This document shows positions 24,861 through 32,000 of a DNA stretch of 32,000 nt, in pieces; the first letter of the stretch is position 1; every line of letters begins with the position of its first letter. The position numbers were made by a program, and so were the translations under genes. The DNA comes from Halomicronema hongdechloris C2206 (GTDB taxonomy: Bacteria > Cyanobacteriota > Cyanobacteriia > Phormidesmidales > Phormidesmidaceae): the NCBI RefSeq assembly GCF_002075285.3, contig NZ_CP021983.2:3870001-3902000 (forward strand), given 5' to 3'. The notes beneath the pieces are model-generated. The model was not told the DNA's origin, searched no databases, and worked only from the letters and a program-made list of their open reading frames with translations.

Positions 24861-27214
24861 GTGCCCCTAGACCGCAACCCCTGTTTTACTGGACGAGCGT
24901 CGATACTGGAGCAGATACGTCAGGCGCTCACCGCTAGAGGCACCGCCGGATTAACCCAGGTGCAGGCCATTGCCGGCCTCGGAGGTGTCGGCAAGACCCA
25001 AACCGCTCTGGAATATGCCTATCGCTACTACTGGGATGTAAACAGGGACGAGGCCTATCAGGCGGTCTTCTGGATTCGGTTAGATACAGAGCAAGCGCTT
25101 CAGAGTGGCTTTCAAGAGATCGCTGAAATGCTGATGCTCTGTGAGGCAGCGGTGAAAGAGGCGGACCAGATCGTGCGGGTGGTCAAGACCTGGTTAGCAG
25201 AGCACACAGGCTGGCTGCTGGTGCTAGACAATGCCGATGACCCCAGTTTTATCAGGAATTATCTGCCCAAGCGGGGACAGGGTCATGTGCTGATTACCTC
25301 CCGGGTGCAAGACCTGCAACGCCTGGGGGTGATTCAACCGCTATCGCTGGATGCCCTGAACCCTGAGGAGGCGGTGGCCTTTTTGCTGCAGCGGACAGGC
25401 CGCGAGGCTGCTAGCCAAGCAGCCCAGAGGGCAGCTGAGGCACTATCGGCGGAACTGGGCCATTGCCGTTGGCCCTGGAACAGGCTGGTGCTTACATGGT
25501 CACCACAGGTGCTGGCTTTCAAGACTATCTCGCCAGCTATCGGCATCGCCGTTTGGACCTGCTGAACCAAGCCGCCCCCATCATGGGCGACTATCCCGAT
25601 TCCGTAGCCACTACCTGGAATATCAACGTTGAAGCGATAGCAGCGGAATCTCTGGCAGCTACCGATCTCCTACGGGCCAGTGCCTTTCTCCATGCCGACG
25701 GCATTCCCTACGACCTGATCGTGTCGGGAGCCAGGGAGTTAGGGGAGGCGATTCAGCAGCACCTGGCAGAGGTTGAGAATGACCCCCTGGCCTTTTTGAC
25801 CCTGCTGGAACCCTTGAAGCGATATTCCCTGGTGCGCCCCGAAGCGTCGGAGCAGACCTACAGCGTTCACCGTCTGGTACAGGCTGTGGTGAAGACCAAC
25901 CTGGGGGAAGCGGCTGCCAGACAATGGGCGGAGCGGATCGTGCGGGTGGTGACCCAGGCTTACCCCAATGCCGATGACTTCAACAACTGGCCGGAATGCC
26001 AGCGATTGCTCCTCCACGCCCAGGCGGCAGCAACCGCCGTCCAACACTACCGTTTTGACTTTTCCGAAGCCGGCCTGCTGCTGATTCGGCTGGGATTTTA
26101 TGCCCAAGAGAGAGGGGAATACTCAACCGCTGACCCCCTTTACCTGCAGGGATTAGAGATATATAAAAAAGCCTTGGGCGATGAGCATCCCCATGTGGCC
26201 CTCAGCCTCAACAATCTCGCCTTTCTGTATAAATCGCAGGGCCGCTACGCCGAGGCGGAACCGCTCTATCAGCAGGCCCTGGCCTTGTGGCAACGGCTAT
26301 TGGGCGACGAGCATCCCGATGTGGCCAGCAGCCTCAACAATCTCGCCGCACTGTATGACTCGCAGGGCCGCTACGCCGAGGCGGAACCGCTCTATCAGCA
26401 GGCCCTGGCGTTGCGGCAACGGCTGTTGGGCCAGGAGCATCCCGCTGTGGCCCTCAGCCTCAACAATCTCGCCGCACTGTATCGAGTGCAGGGCCGCTAC
26501 GGGGAGGCGGAACCGCTCTTGCAGCAGGCCCTGGCCTTGCGGCAACGGCTGCTGGGCGACGAGCATCCCGATGTGGCCCTCAGCCTCAACAATCTCGCCT
26601 TACTGTATTATGCGAAGGGCCGCTACGCTGAGGCGGAACCGCTCTATCAGCAGGCCCTGGCGTTGGGTCAACGGCTGTTGGGCCAGGAGCATCCCGCTGT
26701 GGCCCTCAGCCTCAACAATCTCGCCGCACTGTATTATTCGCAGGGGCGCTACGCCGAGGCGGAACCGCTCTATCAGCAGGCCCTGGCGTTGAGGAAACGG
26801 CTATTGGGCGACGAGCATCCCGCTGTGGCCCTCAGCCTCAACAATCTCGCCGCACTGTATCAATCGCAGGGTCGCTACGCCGAGGCGGAACCGCTCTTGC
26901 AACAGGCTTTCCAGATTAGCCGAAACGCTTTAGGAGACAATCATCCCGACGTGGGCATTTGCTTGGGTAATTTAGCCTCCCTGTACGTTGCCCAAGGGCG
27001 TTATTCTGACGCGGAACCGTTGTTTCTAGAGGCGTTGAGCCTCTTTGTGCAGGCTGTAGGGCAAGACCATCCCTACACCACAGAGACGATTAATCGCCTT
27101 GCTAAGTTTGTCAGGACGGTTATTGAAGCAGGCCAGACTCAGCTCCTCTCTGACCATCCCGTCACCCAAGCCCTGCTCCAGCAGCTGCAGTCCCCGTCAG
27201 CCAAGGGCTCGTGA
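24861..27214 (+). pseudogene. NB-ARC (STAND) NTPase with kinesin-light-chain-type TPR array, split by a 1-nt frameshift
   Basis: Frame A reads 'NPCFTGR...IAGLGGVGKTQTALEYA' (Walker A), 'LLVLDNADD' (Walker B) and 'VLITSR', up to 'ALSAELGH'. Frame B continues from 25463 with 'LPLALEQAGAY' and eight 42-aa TPRs. The junction 'GGC CAT TG' (25458-25465) would read G-H-L-P-L-A-L-E with one more T. The start is uncertain: a GTG at 24861, or further upstream where frame A is open from 24738 and overlaps the TIR gene. Confidence 0.8.
26084..27091 (+). repeat. Eight tandem 126-nt units encoding 42-aa TPR_10/12-type repeats, the central ones nearly identical at the DNA level
   Basis: 'NNLAALY.SQGRYAEAEPLYQQALALRQRLLG.EHP.VALSL' recurs every 42 aa. 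Long identical nucleotide runs such as 'ggccgctacgccgaggcggaaccgctctatcagcaggccctggc' occur in several units. Confidence 0.9.
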
Positions 27215-27236
27215 GTGGCCTGTCACCTCGACTCCG

Positions 27237-27338
27237 CTCGGTGAGCGGTTGTGGCTCGGTGACCAGTTGTGGCTCGGTGACCGGTTGTGGCTCGGTGAGC
27301 GGTTGTGGCTCGGTGAGCGGTTGTGGCTCGGTGAGCGG
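27237..27338. repeat. 18-nt tandem repeat 'CTCGGTGAGCGGTTGTGG', about 5.7 copies
   Basis: Units begin at 27237, 27255, 27273, 27291, 27309 and 27327 (the last partial), with variants GACCAG/GACCGG. The array starts 22 nt after the stop of the STAND gene. Confidence 0.9.
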
Positions 27339-27468
27339 CTTGTCCTGAGCTGTGTCGCAGGGAGTCGAACCGAGCCTGTCGACAGTCTTCCCCAAATAGA
27401 ATTCCCAGAGTCGAGGTTACCCTCTACCTGGATTCCGGGTGGCGCTGCGCTTGGGTTCCCCTCCATCC

Positions 27469-27698
27469 CCTAGGAAGTCTACTAAGTACACCCATCTCGG
27501 CCTCACCCCTTCAGTCCCCTCTCCCAAACATGGGCGCAGCTTGCTTCTCGAAGAGTGGGGGAGGCCATACACAGCCTTCCGGCTCCCCTTCTCCCGCTCT
27601 GGGAGTAGACCGAAGGGCGCGCGAAGCAGGAGTTGGGTGATGAGGGAAAAGCTCTAACCGCAAGGGTTTCAGGACTTATGTGTACCTAGTAGCCTAGG
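27469..27698. mobile_element. MITE-like 230-bp element bounded by imperfect inverted repeats
   Basis: The left end is 'CCTAGGAAGTCTACTAAGTACAC' (27469-27491). The right end, 'GTGTACCTAGTAGCCTAGG' (27680-27698), is its imperfect reverse complement. There is no credible ORF inside. Confidence 0.4.
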
Positions 27699-28121
27699 AA
27701 GTAGTAGCGAGTAACGGGTGCCAAGTTTAAGGAAACAGGGAACAGGAAAATGCCCCTCGCTCCCTTGCCGATGCGACGCGATTTATCACCACTAATCGAC
27801 AACCCCTTCCGCGGGTCCAGGGCAGCGGTTTGCCCTGGTCGTAGGGGTCCGGGGGAAGCGAAATTCCCCCGGGCGAGCACTCCACGCGACACAATTAAGT
27901 GTGGCCTTACCGAAATCTACCACCACACCCTGACCAGCCTTGCCACAGCTCCAGGGCAGTCATTCAACCAGCCTGTCCTGAGCAACGCCGAAGGGCTCAC
28001 CACAAAAGTGACCCACACCCCTATCATGTCTTGCCCGGAATGACGGGACTCGTTTCTACGGTTGTTCAGTTGCCTAAAAGACCCTCATTCTCGTCATTCC
28101 CGCGGCGGCGGGAATCCAGAG
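27693..28121 (+). repeat. Copy A of a dispersed 320-430 bp non-coding element that ends in a perfect hairpin
   Basis: It begins 'CCTAGGAAGTAGTAGCG' and ends '...TCTTGCCCGGAATGACGGGACTCGTTTCTACGGTTGTTCAGTTGCCTAAAAGACCCTCATTCTCGTCATTCCCGCGGCGGCGGGAATCCAGAG'. The hairpin is ATTCCCGC-GGCG-GCGGGAAT at 28096-28115. It carries about 110 extra nt (roughly 27845-27955) relative to copy B. Confidence 0.85.
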
Positions 28122-28432
28122 CGGTTAACCTCGGCGTCGACTCAGAGCCCTCCACCTGGATTTCAGGTGGCAATATGCCTGTCCATAATGATGGATAGTT
28201 GGTATCTGTCCGGCTCCCCGGCTCCCCTTGTGGGAGTAGGGGTTGGGGGAAGAGGGGGATCCATGGCGAGAAGTCTGGAACGTCAGTCATTTCCCTTCGT
28301 GAGGTGGCCCACACTCCCAAGGTAGGTCGCTCAGGGTAGAGGCGATCGCCCTAAGAGGCATGAGTGCTAACCTATTTGGAGGACAACGTACCTCACCTGT
28401 CTCAAGATCACGCTAAAAGAATCATCGGCTGA

Positions 28433-28750
28433 ATGCTAAACGTCGTCACTTCTGTCAATGGCGTCACAATCCGGTTAACAGAAGAACGATGGAGTCATAT
28501 TCTTGAGCAGCATCCCGAACTAGAAGGCTGCCAGACACTGATTTTAGCTACAGTGGAAAGTCCAGAGCGGGTTTTAGCGGGTGGTAATGGTCAACTGATT
28601 GCAGTGCAGTCCATCTCTGAAGGCAAGTGGCTGTTAGTGGTCTATCGAGAGATCGAGACTCAGGATGTGATTGAAGATGGCTTCATTGTCACTGCCTTTT
28701 TTAACAAGCGGTTGCGATATTTGGAGGGGAAGAAACAAATATGGCCCTAA
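28433..28750 (+). CDS. Small toxin-like protein (105 aa), family not identified
   Basis: 'VTIRLTEERWSHILEQHPELEG...ESPERVLAG...LLVVYRE...GFIVTAFF'. It overlaps the next ORF by 10 nt, has low GC, and shows the pairing typical of toxin-antitoxin cassettes. Confidence 0.55.
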   Translation: MLNVVTSVNGVTIRLTEERWSHILEQHPELEGCQTLILATVESPERVLAGGNGQLIAVQSISEGKWLLVVYREIETQDVIEDGFIVTAFFNKRLRYLEGKKQIWP

Positions 28751-28980
28751 CTCAATCCATTGAGATTAGTCGTTATCTGAATATCGCTAAGGCCCTTCAA
28801 ACCGTAGAACAGCGCTCCTGCTGGATGATGTTTGATGCCGAAGCCGACGTTCTATATATCAATTTTCAGAATCCTGCTCAAGCCGCGACCGATAGCGAAG
28901 TCACCGATGATGATGTCGTGATTCGATATATCGGAGACCAGGTAATCGGCTTAACCATTTTGTCAGTCAGCCAAAGGTAG
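28741..28980 (+). CDS. DUF2283-like small protein (antitoxin-like partner)
   Basis: 'FDAEADVLYINFQNP...SEVTDDDVVIRYIGDQVIGLTIL' matches the 'YD.E.D.LYI...GIEIL' pattern of DUF2283, recognised from memory. It is translationally coupled to 28433..28750. Confidence 0.6.
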   Translation: MALTQSIEISRYLNIAKALQTVEQRSCWMMFDAEADVLYINFQNPAQAATDSEVTDDDVVIRYIGDQVIGLTILSVSQR

Positions 28981-29006
28981 GTCGACCCTTGCTTCCCCCT
29001 CTATTC

Positions 29007-29329
29007 CCTAGGAGGTAGTAGCGGTAATGGGTGCAAGGTTTAAGAGAACAGGGAAGAAGTAGAAGGGAACAGGCGAAAGGGGACAGGAAAACATCCCTCG
29101 CACCCTTACCGATGCGACGCGATTTTCAACGACCACTCAACCAGCCCGTCCGTAGGGTCCGGGGCAGTCATTCGACAAGCCTGTCCTGAGCAACGCCGAA
29201 GGGCTCACCACACAGGTGACCCACATCCCTATCGTGTCTTGCCCGGAATGACGGGACTCGTCTCTACGGTTGTTCAGTTGCCTGAAAGACCCTCATTCTC
29301 GTCATTCCCGCGGCGGCGGGAATCCAGAG
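29007..29329 (+). repeat. Copy B of the dispersed element, in direct orientation to copy A
   Basis: It begins 'CCTAGGAGGTAGTAGCG'. The last ~95 nt (from about 29237, after 'CCTATCGTG') are nearly identical to 28029-28121, including the ATTCCCGCGGCGGCGGGAAT hairpin (29304-29323). Confidence 0.85.
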
Positions 29330-29665
29330 AACCAACTATCACCTTATTCCTCGCCTCCAGAGGGAGCAGCCCCGAGAACACGTTCCATAGCCTCCTTCAA
29401 AGGATATCGACACAACTATCCTGACGAGAAAGCGCGTGTGATTGAGAATACTCGTTAATTTCTGTTCCCTATGATGACAGCTGATTGACTTCTTCCGGAT
29501 ATCTTCTGATTCTCAATATATGAAGTCAAATGAGTAGATAATCTTGGAACTATAGTAGAACTCTGCATTCGCGTCTTGACTAGAGAACTTGACGCAGTAT
29601 GGGTAGTCCTGGGGCCTTGACTCAGAAACTATCTGGCGCCCAACCCCCTAAAGCTGGATAACGGT

Positions 29666-29674
29666 TGCTATAAT
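29666..29674 (+). promoter_or_regulatory. Extended -10 promoter element TGCTATAAT upstream of tRNA-Leu
   Basis: The TATAAT at 29669-29674 is preceded by TGn and lies 17 nt upstream of the tRNA 5' end. There is no good -35. Confidence 0.4.
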
Positions 29675-29691
29675 GATTAGGCCAAATCCAC

Positions 29692-29774
29692 GGGCGGATG
29701 GCGAAATTGGTAGACGCACCACACTCAAAATGTGGCGGCCTCTGGCCATGAGGGTTCGAGTCCCTCTCTGCCCA
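29692..29774 (+). tRNA. tRNA-Leu (anticodon CAA), class II with long variable arm, CCA not encoded
   Basis: I folded it manually. The acceptor stem is GGGCGGA/TCTGCCC (one G-U pair). The anticodon stem CCACA/TGTGG carries the loop CTCAAAA. The variable arm is CGGCCTCTGGCCATG. The T arm is GAGGG-TTCGAGT-CCCTC and the discriminator is A. Confidence 0.9.
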
Positions 29775-29840
29775 TGTCCTTACTAGCCAGGGGCTTAGCG
29801 CCGCTAGGTCCTTGTCAGCTCAGGCCCATAGGAGGTGGCC

Positions 29841-30023
29841 ATGGCACAACACCTAAAACGATGGGAATCGCCCCGGCGTCGAGGACGCAACCACAAGGGG
29901 CGCGGCGGCACCGCCCGACAACGGCAATACCGCAAGCAACAGCAGCAGTTACGCCAACGCCTGAAGTCAGCCGCCAACGACAAATCACCCCAGAAAGGAG
30001 AGGTCATCCCTCTCCTTTTTTAA
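29841..30023 (+). CDS. Possible small, extremely basic protein (60 aa)
   Basis: AGGAGG (29830-29835) lies 5 nt before the ATG at 29841. The product is 'MAQHLKRWESPRRRGRNHKGRGGTARQRQYRKQQQQLRQRLKSAANDKSPQKGEVIPLLF'. The ORF ends inside a terminator hairpin. Confidence 0.4.
   Translation: MAQHLKRWESPRRRGRNHKGRGGTARQRQYRKQQQQLRQRLKSAANDKSPQKGEVIPLLF
29996..30021 (+). terminator. Rho-independent terminator
   Basis: The stem is AGGAGAGG (29996-30003) / CCTCTCCT (30009-30016), the loop is TCATC, and a T6 tract follows. It lies between the convergent small ORF/tRNA unit and mtnP. Confidence 0.75.
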
Positions 30024-30039
30024 TGGCTAGTTTTAATGG

Positions 30040-30915
30040 CTAGAGATACTTCTGCAGCAGCAAGGACAGCTTAGTCTTGGTGGCTTCTGGGGCTTTGGCC
30101 AGGGGAGTGATCACCGCAAACTTCAGGGCCGAGTGGGCCTCAGACTCGGGGGGATTAGCCGCCAGGCGACGGACCGTTTCCTGAATCACCTGCTGGGCAT
30201 TGGCGGCATTTTTCTTGAGGTTACCGATCACCATCTCTACGGTGACGCTGTCGTGACCGTCGTGCCAGCAGTCGTAGTCGGTGACCAGGGCCATAGTGGC
30301 ATAGGCGATTTCGGCTTCGCGGGCCAGCTTGGCCTCGGGTAGGTTGGTCATGCCGACGACGGCGGCGCCCCAGCTGCGGTATAGGTGGGACTCGGCCCGG
30401 GTAGAAAAGGCAGGACCTTCCATGCAGACATAGGTGCCGCCCTGGTGCAGGGTAACCTCGGGTAACTCTAGGGATGCGATCGCATCGGCCAGCACCCCAG
30501 CCAGGGCTGGGCAGACCGGATCGCCGAAGCCGATATGGGCCACAATACCTTCACCAAAAAATGTCGACACTCGATTCTTGGTGCGATCAATAAACTGATC
30601 CGGCACCACCATATCCAGGGGCTTTACGGCCTCCTTCAAGGAGCCCACCGCCGACGCCGAGATCAGATACCGCACCCCCAGCTGTTTCATGGCATGAATA
30701 TTAGCCCGGAACGGCAGCTCCGACGGCATCAACGTATGATTGCGGCCATGGCGGGCCAGAAACGCCACCCGGGTACCTTCTAGGGTGCCGACAATGATGG
30801 CATCAGAGGGAGGGCCAAAGGGCGTGTCTAAGCGAACCTCGCTGATATCGGTGAGAGCCTGCATCTGATACAGACCGCTGCCGCCGATAATGCCAATGGA
30901 TGCCTGCTGTGTCAT
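30040..30915 (-). CDS. mtnP: S-methyl-5'-thioadenosine phosphorylase
   Basis: '[10 protein letters not shown]...TPFG.PSD...[11 protein letters not shown]...[25 protein letters not shown]' is the MTAP/PNP family I signature, in a 291-aa ORF. Confidence 0.9.
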   Translation of the reverse strand: MTQQASIGIIGGSGLYQMQALTDISEVRLDTPFGPPSDAIIVGTLEGTRVAFLARHGRNHTLMPSELPFRANIHAMKQLGVRYLISASAVGSLKEAVKPLDMVVPDQFIDRTKNRVSTFFGEGIVAHIGFGDPVCPALAGVLADAIASLELPEVTLHQGGTYVCMEGPAFSTRAESHLYRSWGAAVVGMTNLPEAKLAREAEIAYATMALVTDYDCWHDGHDSVTVEMVIGNLKKNAANAQQVIQETVRRLAANPPESEAHSALKFAVITPLAKAPEATKTKLSLLLQKYL

Positions 30916-31051
30916 AGAAGTTGCTGTCTCTAGAGGTGCGGCTCTATCTTATATCGTGGTCTGGCCCATGCAGCTGTGAGCTAGGACGCAAAAGCCAGCT
31001 TTGCGGCGTGGGCGGTGCAACTAATGGCAAGATAAAGGCTGTCGTAATTAA

Positions 31052-31867
31052 TTGGTCTGGATCACCCCTGTGCCCACTGCTGCCACTACCCCGCAATCGC
31101 CGGATACCCCCCGCCATCCCATCTTCGACAGCCCCTGGTTTCGATGGCTAGAAGCCAGCTTAGGGACTGTGTCCCCAATGGGGAATGCCCCTATCCTCCG
31201 GTCCCAACACTTTCCCTGGGTGCCGCCCCTGGAGGCCAACTGGCAGCTGATTCGCCAGGAGCTAGAACAGGTATTGCGGCAAGTCGAGGCCCTGCCCAAT
31301 TTTCAGGACATCATGCCGCGGCAGCAGCGCATTAGCCCTGACAGTGGCTGGAAGACTTACTACTTCTGCGCCTTCGGCTTCGTCGCCCGGCACAACTGCC
31401 AACAATGCCCCCAGACCTGGAAACTACTGCAGCAGATTCCGGGGCTGCAGGTGGCCTTTTTCTCGATTCTGGCCCCCGGCAAACACATCCCTGAACACCG
31501 AGGCAAACACAAGGGACTGATTCGCTATCACCTGGGCCTGATCGTGCCCCAGCCGGCAACCGCCTGTCGGATTCGGGTCGGGAATCAGATCACCCACTGG
31601 CAAGAGGGCCAGAGCCTGATCTTTGACGATACCTACTACCACGAGGTCTGGAACGATACGGACGGCTACCGGGTGGTGCTATTTCTCGATATTGCTCGCC
31701 CCTTGCCGCTGCCCCTATCCTGGCTGAACTGGTTGATCTCCCGGCTGTTGAGCTTCTCGCCTCTGGTGAAGCAGGCCAAGGCCAACCATCACCACTGGGA
31801 ACAGCAGTTTGCCAAGGTCTCAGCTCAACCCACTCAGCAGCCTGAAGATGCCCTGGGGCAGCGGTAA
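31052..31867 (+). CDS. Aspartyl/asparaginyl beta-hydroxylase family protein (2OG-Fe(II) oxygenase)
   Basis: 'FFSILAPGKHIPEHRGKHKGLIRYHLGLIVP...CRIRVGNQITHWQEGQSLIFDDTYYHEVWNDTDGYRVVLFLDIARP' is typical of the Asp_Arg_Hydrox family. The start is uncertain: the ORF opens at a TTG at 31052. Confidence 0.8.
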   Translation: MVWITPVPTAATTPQSPDTPRHPIFDSPWFRWLEASLGTVSPMGNAPILRSQHFPWVPPLEANWQLIRQELEQVLRQVEALPNFQDIMPRQQRISPDSGWKTYYFCAFGFVARHNCQQCPQTWKLLQQIPGLQVAFFSILAPGKHIPEHRGKHKGLIRYHLGLIVPQPATACRIRVGNQITHWQEGQSLIFDDTYYHEVWNDTDGYRVVLFLDIARPLPLPLSWLNWLISRLLSFSPLVKQAKANHHHWEQQFAKVSAQPTQQPEDALGQR

Positions 31868-32000
31868 CCACACTGGAATCAGCAGCAATAGGCTGAGGTA
31901 GACTCGGGCCCGACGGGGATGTTCCGGAGGGCACTGGGCTAAGCCCATCAGCAGCGCAGAATCGCGGCGAAGGCAAACACGGGAATCACCGCGTAGGTGG

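Noticed and set aside
26181-26792. A 203-aa alternative-frame ORF inside the TPR array, and the antisense ORF 26297..26566.
   Set aside because: These are repeat-driven open frames with Arg/Pro/Cys/Trp-rich periodic peptides. The TPR frame is unambiguous.
26084-27338. A possible CRISPR array, because of the regularly spaced repeats.
   Set aside because: The 126-nt units are in-frame TPR codons with no unique spacers. The 18-nt units are head-to-tail without spacers. No cas genes are present.
27355-27378. A tRNA-like T-arm box on the minus strand ('GGTTCGACTCCCT'), considered as a possible tRNA gene or att remnant.
   Set aside because: Only the T-loop consensus is present. The flanking stem pairs 3 of 5 positions, and no acceptor or anticodon arms can be folded. 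Its orientation is opposite to tRNA-Leu.
27099-27473. ORFs translating the 18-nt tandem repeat into GERLWL, EPQPLT or SPSHNR hexapeptide repeats (27099..27473 +, 27162..27395 -, 27197..27466 -).
   Set aside because: All three frames are open only because the repeat lacks stops in them. There is no RBS or start context and no flanking domain. The region belongs to a non-coding repeat cluster.
28062-29458. Short ORFs giving 'MFSCLKDPHSRHSRGGGNPE...' and 'SFSSFPRRRESR...' (28062..28325, 27899..28198, 29239..29424, 29270..29458).
   Set aside because: They are translations of the duplicated non-coding element and its palindromic hairpin. The identical peptides simply reflect DNA repeat copies.
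29692-29774. tRNA-Leu as the integration site (attB) of a classical integrative island.
   Set aside because: I found no integrase or recombinase gene in the window. I also found no direct repeat of the tRNA 3' end at the far side of the island. The accessory DNA lies 5' of the tRNA rather than 3'.
31590-32000. The minus-strand ORF 31590..31976, and a possible 3' end of a membrane-protein gene entering from the right edge ('...TYAVIPVFAFAAILRC*', stop at 31948-31950).
   Set aside because: The first is antisense to the beta-hydroxylase gene and Pro/Ser/Arg-rich. The second shows only about 17 codons, too few to call.

Overview
This is a chromosomal segment from a cyanobacterium. The HIP1 octamer GCGATCGC occurs at least 13 times, GC content is high, and the housekeeping genes are typical of the group. 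The flanks are ordinary. On the left are a degenerate histidine-kinase fragment, a UPF0182 membrane protein, an EamA/DMT transporter, transaldolase, MiaB and a TPR protein. On the right are tRNA-Leu(CAA), MTA phosphorylase and an aspartyl beta-hydroxylase-like protein.

Two regions are accessory. The first (7.8-11.6 kb) holds an unknown protein followed by an 887-aa protein. That protein combines a 4-TM N-terminus, a coiled coil, a goose-type lysozyme domain and an M15 peptidase domain.

The second (about 15.2-29.7 kb) is a conflict or defence-type island with these parts:
- A translationally coupled five-gene operon: helical adaptor plus coiled coil, coiled coil plus degenerate-P-loop domain, MoxR AAA+ ATPase, vWA protein, and a protein ending in a low-GC SAVED-like domain.
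- A DUF4157 protein with two HExxH motifs and a small downstream ORF.
- A stretch of decayed FGE-sulfatase-domain fragments.
- A TIR protein whose C-terminal helical module matches the N-terminus of the first operon gene.
- A frameshifted NB-ARC/TPR STAND NTPase.
- A repeat-rich stretch in which two copies of a 320-430 bp element flank a small toxin-antitoxin-like pair.

Several island genes carry lesions: in-frame TAG codons, single-base frameshifts, and one compensated double frameshift. The MoxR-vWA-SAVED-like operon, together with its adaptor link to the TIR protein, is my best candidate for an uncharacterised system. All family assignments come from motif recognition by eye, not from database searches.
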